Assembly (NCBI GenBank): GCA_964658305.1
Contig: OZ210885.1
Coordinates: forward strand, 7,006,001-7,070,000
Length of the DNA: 64,000 bases
From: Leptogorgia sarmentosa
Taxonomy: Eukaryota
Direction of reading: 5' to 3'
Position 1 is the stretch's first letter, and each line of letters begins with the position of its first letter. A program made the translations under genes and the position numbers. Of the stretch, positions 61,353 to 64,000 are shown piece after piece. The notes beneath the pieces were generated by a model, which was not told the origin of the DNA, ran no database searches, and saw only the letters and a list, made by a program, of their open reading frames with translations.

Positions 61353-61646
61353 GTTATTGTGATGTTTCTCTGAGTATATATCCACAACGGGCAGGCTGAA
61401 AAATCAGCCTGGCCTCGGTGGGAATCGAATGCGCGACCTTTGGTTTACTAGTCCAATGCTCTACCAACCGAGTACGAGGTCAAGTCGGTTCGAATGTATG
61501 ATATTTCGGAACTCACTGGTTCCTTCGATATCTGTAAGTTTCTGATATAATATGGTAGAGCATTGAACTAGTAAACCAAAGGTCGCGGGTTCGATTACCA
61601 CACCTGCCCGGTGTGGATATATACTCAGAATAACATCACAATAACA
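61353..61646. mobile_element. Repeat made of two divergent tRNA-Thr(AGT)-derived heads (partial relative at 59787-59870)
   Basis: Minus-strand tRNA-like unit at 61410-61481 (GACCTCGTACTCGGTTGGTAGAGCATTGGACTAGTAAACCAAAGGTC...TTCGATTCCCACCGAGGCCA) and plus-strand head at 61553-61602, each followed by the same cctgcccg...ggatatatactcaga...catcacaataac tail. Confidence 0.75.
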
Positions 61647-62044
61647 TTCTACACCTGAGTACATCATAACATCATTCATAACATTCATGTGAATTTTCGT
61701 CTTCAGAGACACGTTTTAAAATTATTTTTTGTAATATTTTCATGTTTCGTTTCTGATTCTACTAAAACAAATCGATTACTCCCTCTCGATACTTACGAGA
61801 TGGTAGTTTATTTGGGCTTCGCCCTCATCAACTATCACCTCTTAGAAATCTCCAGCTCGTAATCTAACTGTTAAATAGTAGAATTTCTACCAGAACATTT
61901 CGATGAATCAGACCCACGATCTGAGTAGTTCCACTTACTGTAAAGAAAGCATTGACAAGGTCGGTTTAAACAAGACCATGTTTTTCTTGTCGTTTTGTTT
62001 TCAAAATTAAATAATACTGTTATATCAGTAATATTTGTATAAAA

Positions 62045-62179
62045 AATTACACGGTTCGAGAAGTATTAATGAAAAATTGCACGCGTGTTTGGCGAAATAC
62101 CGCGAGTGCGAAGCACGAGCGGTATTTCGCCAAACACAAGTGCAATTTTTCATTAATACTTCGAGAACAAGTGTAATTT
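62045..62179. repeat. Fold-back hairpin with GA/GA mismatches and GCGAAGC triloop (deleted paralog at 18102-18198)
   Basis: tgtttggcgaaataccgc-ga-gtgc-gaa-gcac-ga-gcggtatttcgccaaaca; the downstream ~250 bp is nearly identical to 18144-18414. Confidence 0.9.
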
Positions 62180-62392
62180 CGTATTAATATCATTGTAGTA
62201 CACGTTCACTAACCTTTTTTGTCCAAAGTTGACAATAAATGACAGAAAAAACAAGAATTTTAGCGTTGATTTAAGCGTTTATTTATTTGTTTTTATAATG
62301 TATCGCGGGCTCGAAACCGTGCAATTAAGTTTAATTTGCACAGTTGTTGAAGCTTTTTAGCCAATCAGCGTCCAGGAAATTGACAACAATGA

Positions 62393-62628
62393 CACAGTAT
62401 ACCTATACAGTAGTCCAACTCATTGTTTTTTTTGTAAGCTGTATACGTCATGATTCGTCACTCAGCAAGTGCCCTAAACAGAAGCATTCACCCCCCTGGC
62501 AATACTCAAAATGAATAATATTCAGGGGGGTGAATGCTTCTGTTTAGGGCACTTGCCGAGTGACGAATCATGACGTATACAGCTTACAAAAAAAACAATG
62601 AGTTGGACTACTGTATAGGTATACTGTG
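62393..62628. mobile_element. Young P-element-like palindromic MITE
   Basis: About 105-bp near-perfect TIRs CACAGTATACC...GGTATACTGTG with a 7-bp TSD ACAATGA; the paralog at 18403 shows the empty site. Confidence 0.92.
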
Positions 62629-63289
62629 ACAATGATATTAAACATGTACATGCACTGCAAAAACATTGCCACGTGTCCCAATGCTCAATTTTCATTGGAC
62701 AATTTGAATCTGAAATCAACTAATTATATTAAATACTGTACAATGCGTGAATATCGAGCAATTTATATTGACGTACCTCCCTTTCCAATATACCACATCA
62801 TTTGCAAACAGAAATCACAGTTCGTTGGCGTTACGAAACTATGAGCTTCGAAGGTGTGGGGTTGGGTAAAGCCTTGTTGAGTATAGTCGTTGATTTGTAG
62901 TTTGCCCTAAACAAAAGTATAACTAAGTGTTAGCGAATAAAGGGCCAAATCGAACAGTTTTAATTTCAACAGCACGTACAGCCATTAAGAATTTCAGCGC
63001 GAAACACATCAGGGCTTTCAGCTTATAGCACAATGCCATTCATTTCGTCACTTATGGCGTAAATATGCAGCATGTTGGAACAAAGGGCGATGAAATCCAG
63101 AACTTAACGCACAACTCAACAAAGCACATGCGTATCAGCGACTGTAAACGGAACAAAATGGCGCAAAAGGTCAGAAAATAGGTGTCTTTTGAAAATAATG
63201 GAATGGATAGACGACCATTGGAAAATATTCATTCCGCCATACCGCCATCTTGTTTCGCCTACTGTCGCTGATGCATGTTGAATGCATGT

Positions 63290-63638
63290 TGAACAGAACA
63301 GAACAAAACAGAACAAAACGGAACAGAACAGAACAGAATGGAACAGAACAGGCGAAATGGAACAGAACAGAACAGAACAGAATGGAACAGAACAGAACAG
63401 AACAGAACGAAATGGAACAGAACGGAACAGAACAGAACGGAACAGAACGGAACAGAACAGAACGGAATGGAACAGAACAGAATGGAACAGAACAGAATGG
63501 AACAGGATAGAACAGAACGGAATGGAACAGAATGGAACAGGACGGAACAGAACAGAACAGGACAGAACACAACAGAACAGAATAAAACAGAACGGAATGG
63601 AACACAACACAAAGGAACAGGAGAGAAGAGAACAGAAT
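63290..63638 (+). repeat. Degenerate pentanucleotide microsatellite (GAACA)n with GAATG/GAACG variants
   Basis: Read directly from the sequence; it explains six overlapping low-complexity ORFs. Confidence 0.95.
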
Positions 63639-64000
63639 ACATGAAAAAATCACATCAAGGCATTACGCTTTATACATTTATGTAATTGTACAAACCTTGA
63701 GAACAATATCCATGGTATCTCTCTTGTGCAGAACAGCACTGCGGTGTCGTGAAAGAATTGTGTTGAATGTGACTACCTGGATATGAGCAAAATGGAAAAG
63801 AAACGACATTGAGCATAAATTGTTTGACGCTTTTCCAGGGTAAATCTCAAAATGCTTCCTTTGATAAATCGTGACTTCCAACTCTAATCAACTGTCGCCC
63901 TCGTTTTACCCGCGGCCTTTAGTTATTTTATATTGTACTTTTCTCGATGAGGGAAAGCAGTTACCAAAGAGGTCATATTTTACATTTTCGGTGTTCACTG

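Noticed and set aside
63116..63685. Six long ORFs (86-164 aa) on both strands
   Set aside because: They are translations of the (GAACA)n microsatellite.

Overview
Animal genomic DNA, AT-rich, intron-containing and dense in MITEs. The repeat families and gene style suggest a cnidarian, possibly an octocoral, but this is inference only. Bases 1-8.3 kb hold a small-RNA island: a LINE fragment, a Gly-Glu-Trp-Glu tRNA cassette present twice in inverted orientation, tRNA-Ser(AGA), and three U5 snRNA copies. Bases 9-43 kb hold three tandem, intact, multi-exon genes. Splicing them by hand gives predicted SECRETED TLDc-domain proteins: two with signal peptide-PAN/Apple-3x Ca-binding EGF-TLDc (423 and 420 aa, each needing a conserved 10-nt microexon) and one with signal peptide-different PAN-TLDc (323 aa). 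Bases 45-54 kb hold two tandem intronless orphan class A GPCRs (LRY instead of DRY), separated by a 68-bp CCCTAA-rich satellite. The rest is nested DNA-transposon debris. Two non-coding signals stand out. (i) At least eight sequence-unrelated fold-back repeats carry systematic tandem GA/GA mismatches, several with GNA triloops, suggesting ssDNA-structure-encoded elements. (ii) There are two minimal hammerhead-like motifs with a variant CCGACGA core. No database searches were possible, so family calls rest on recognised motifs.
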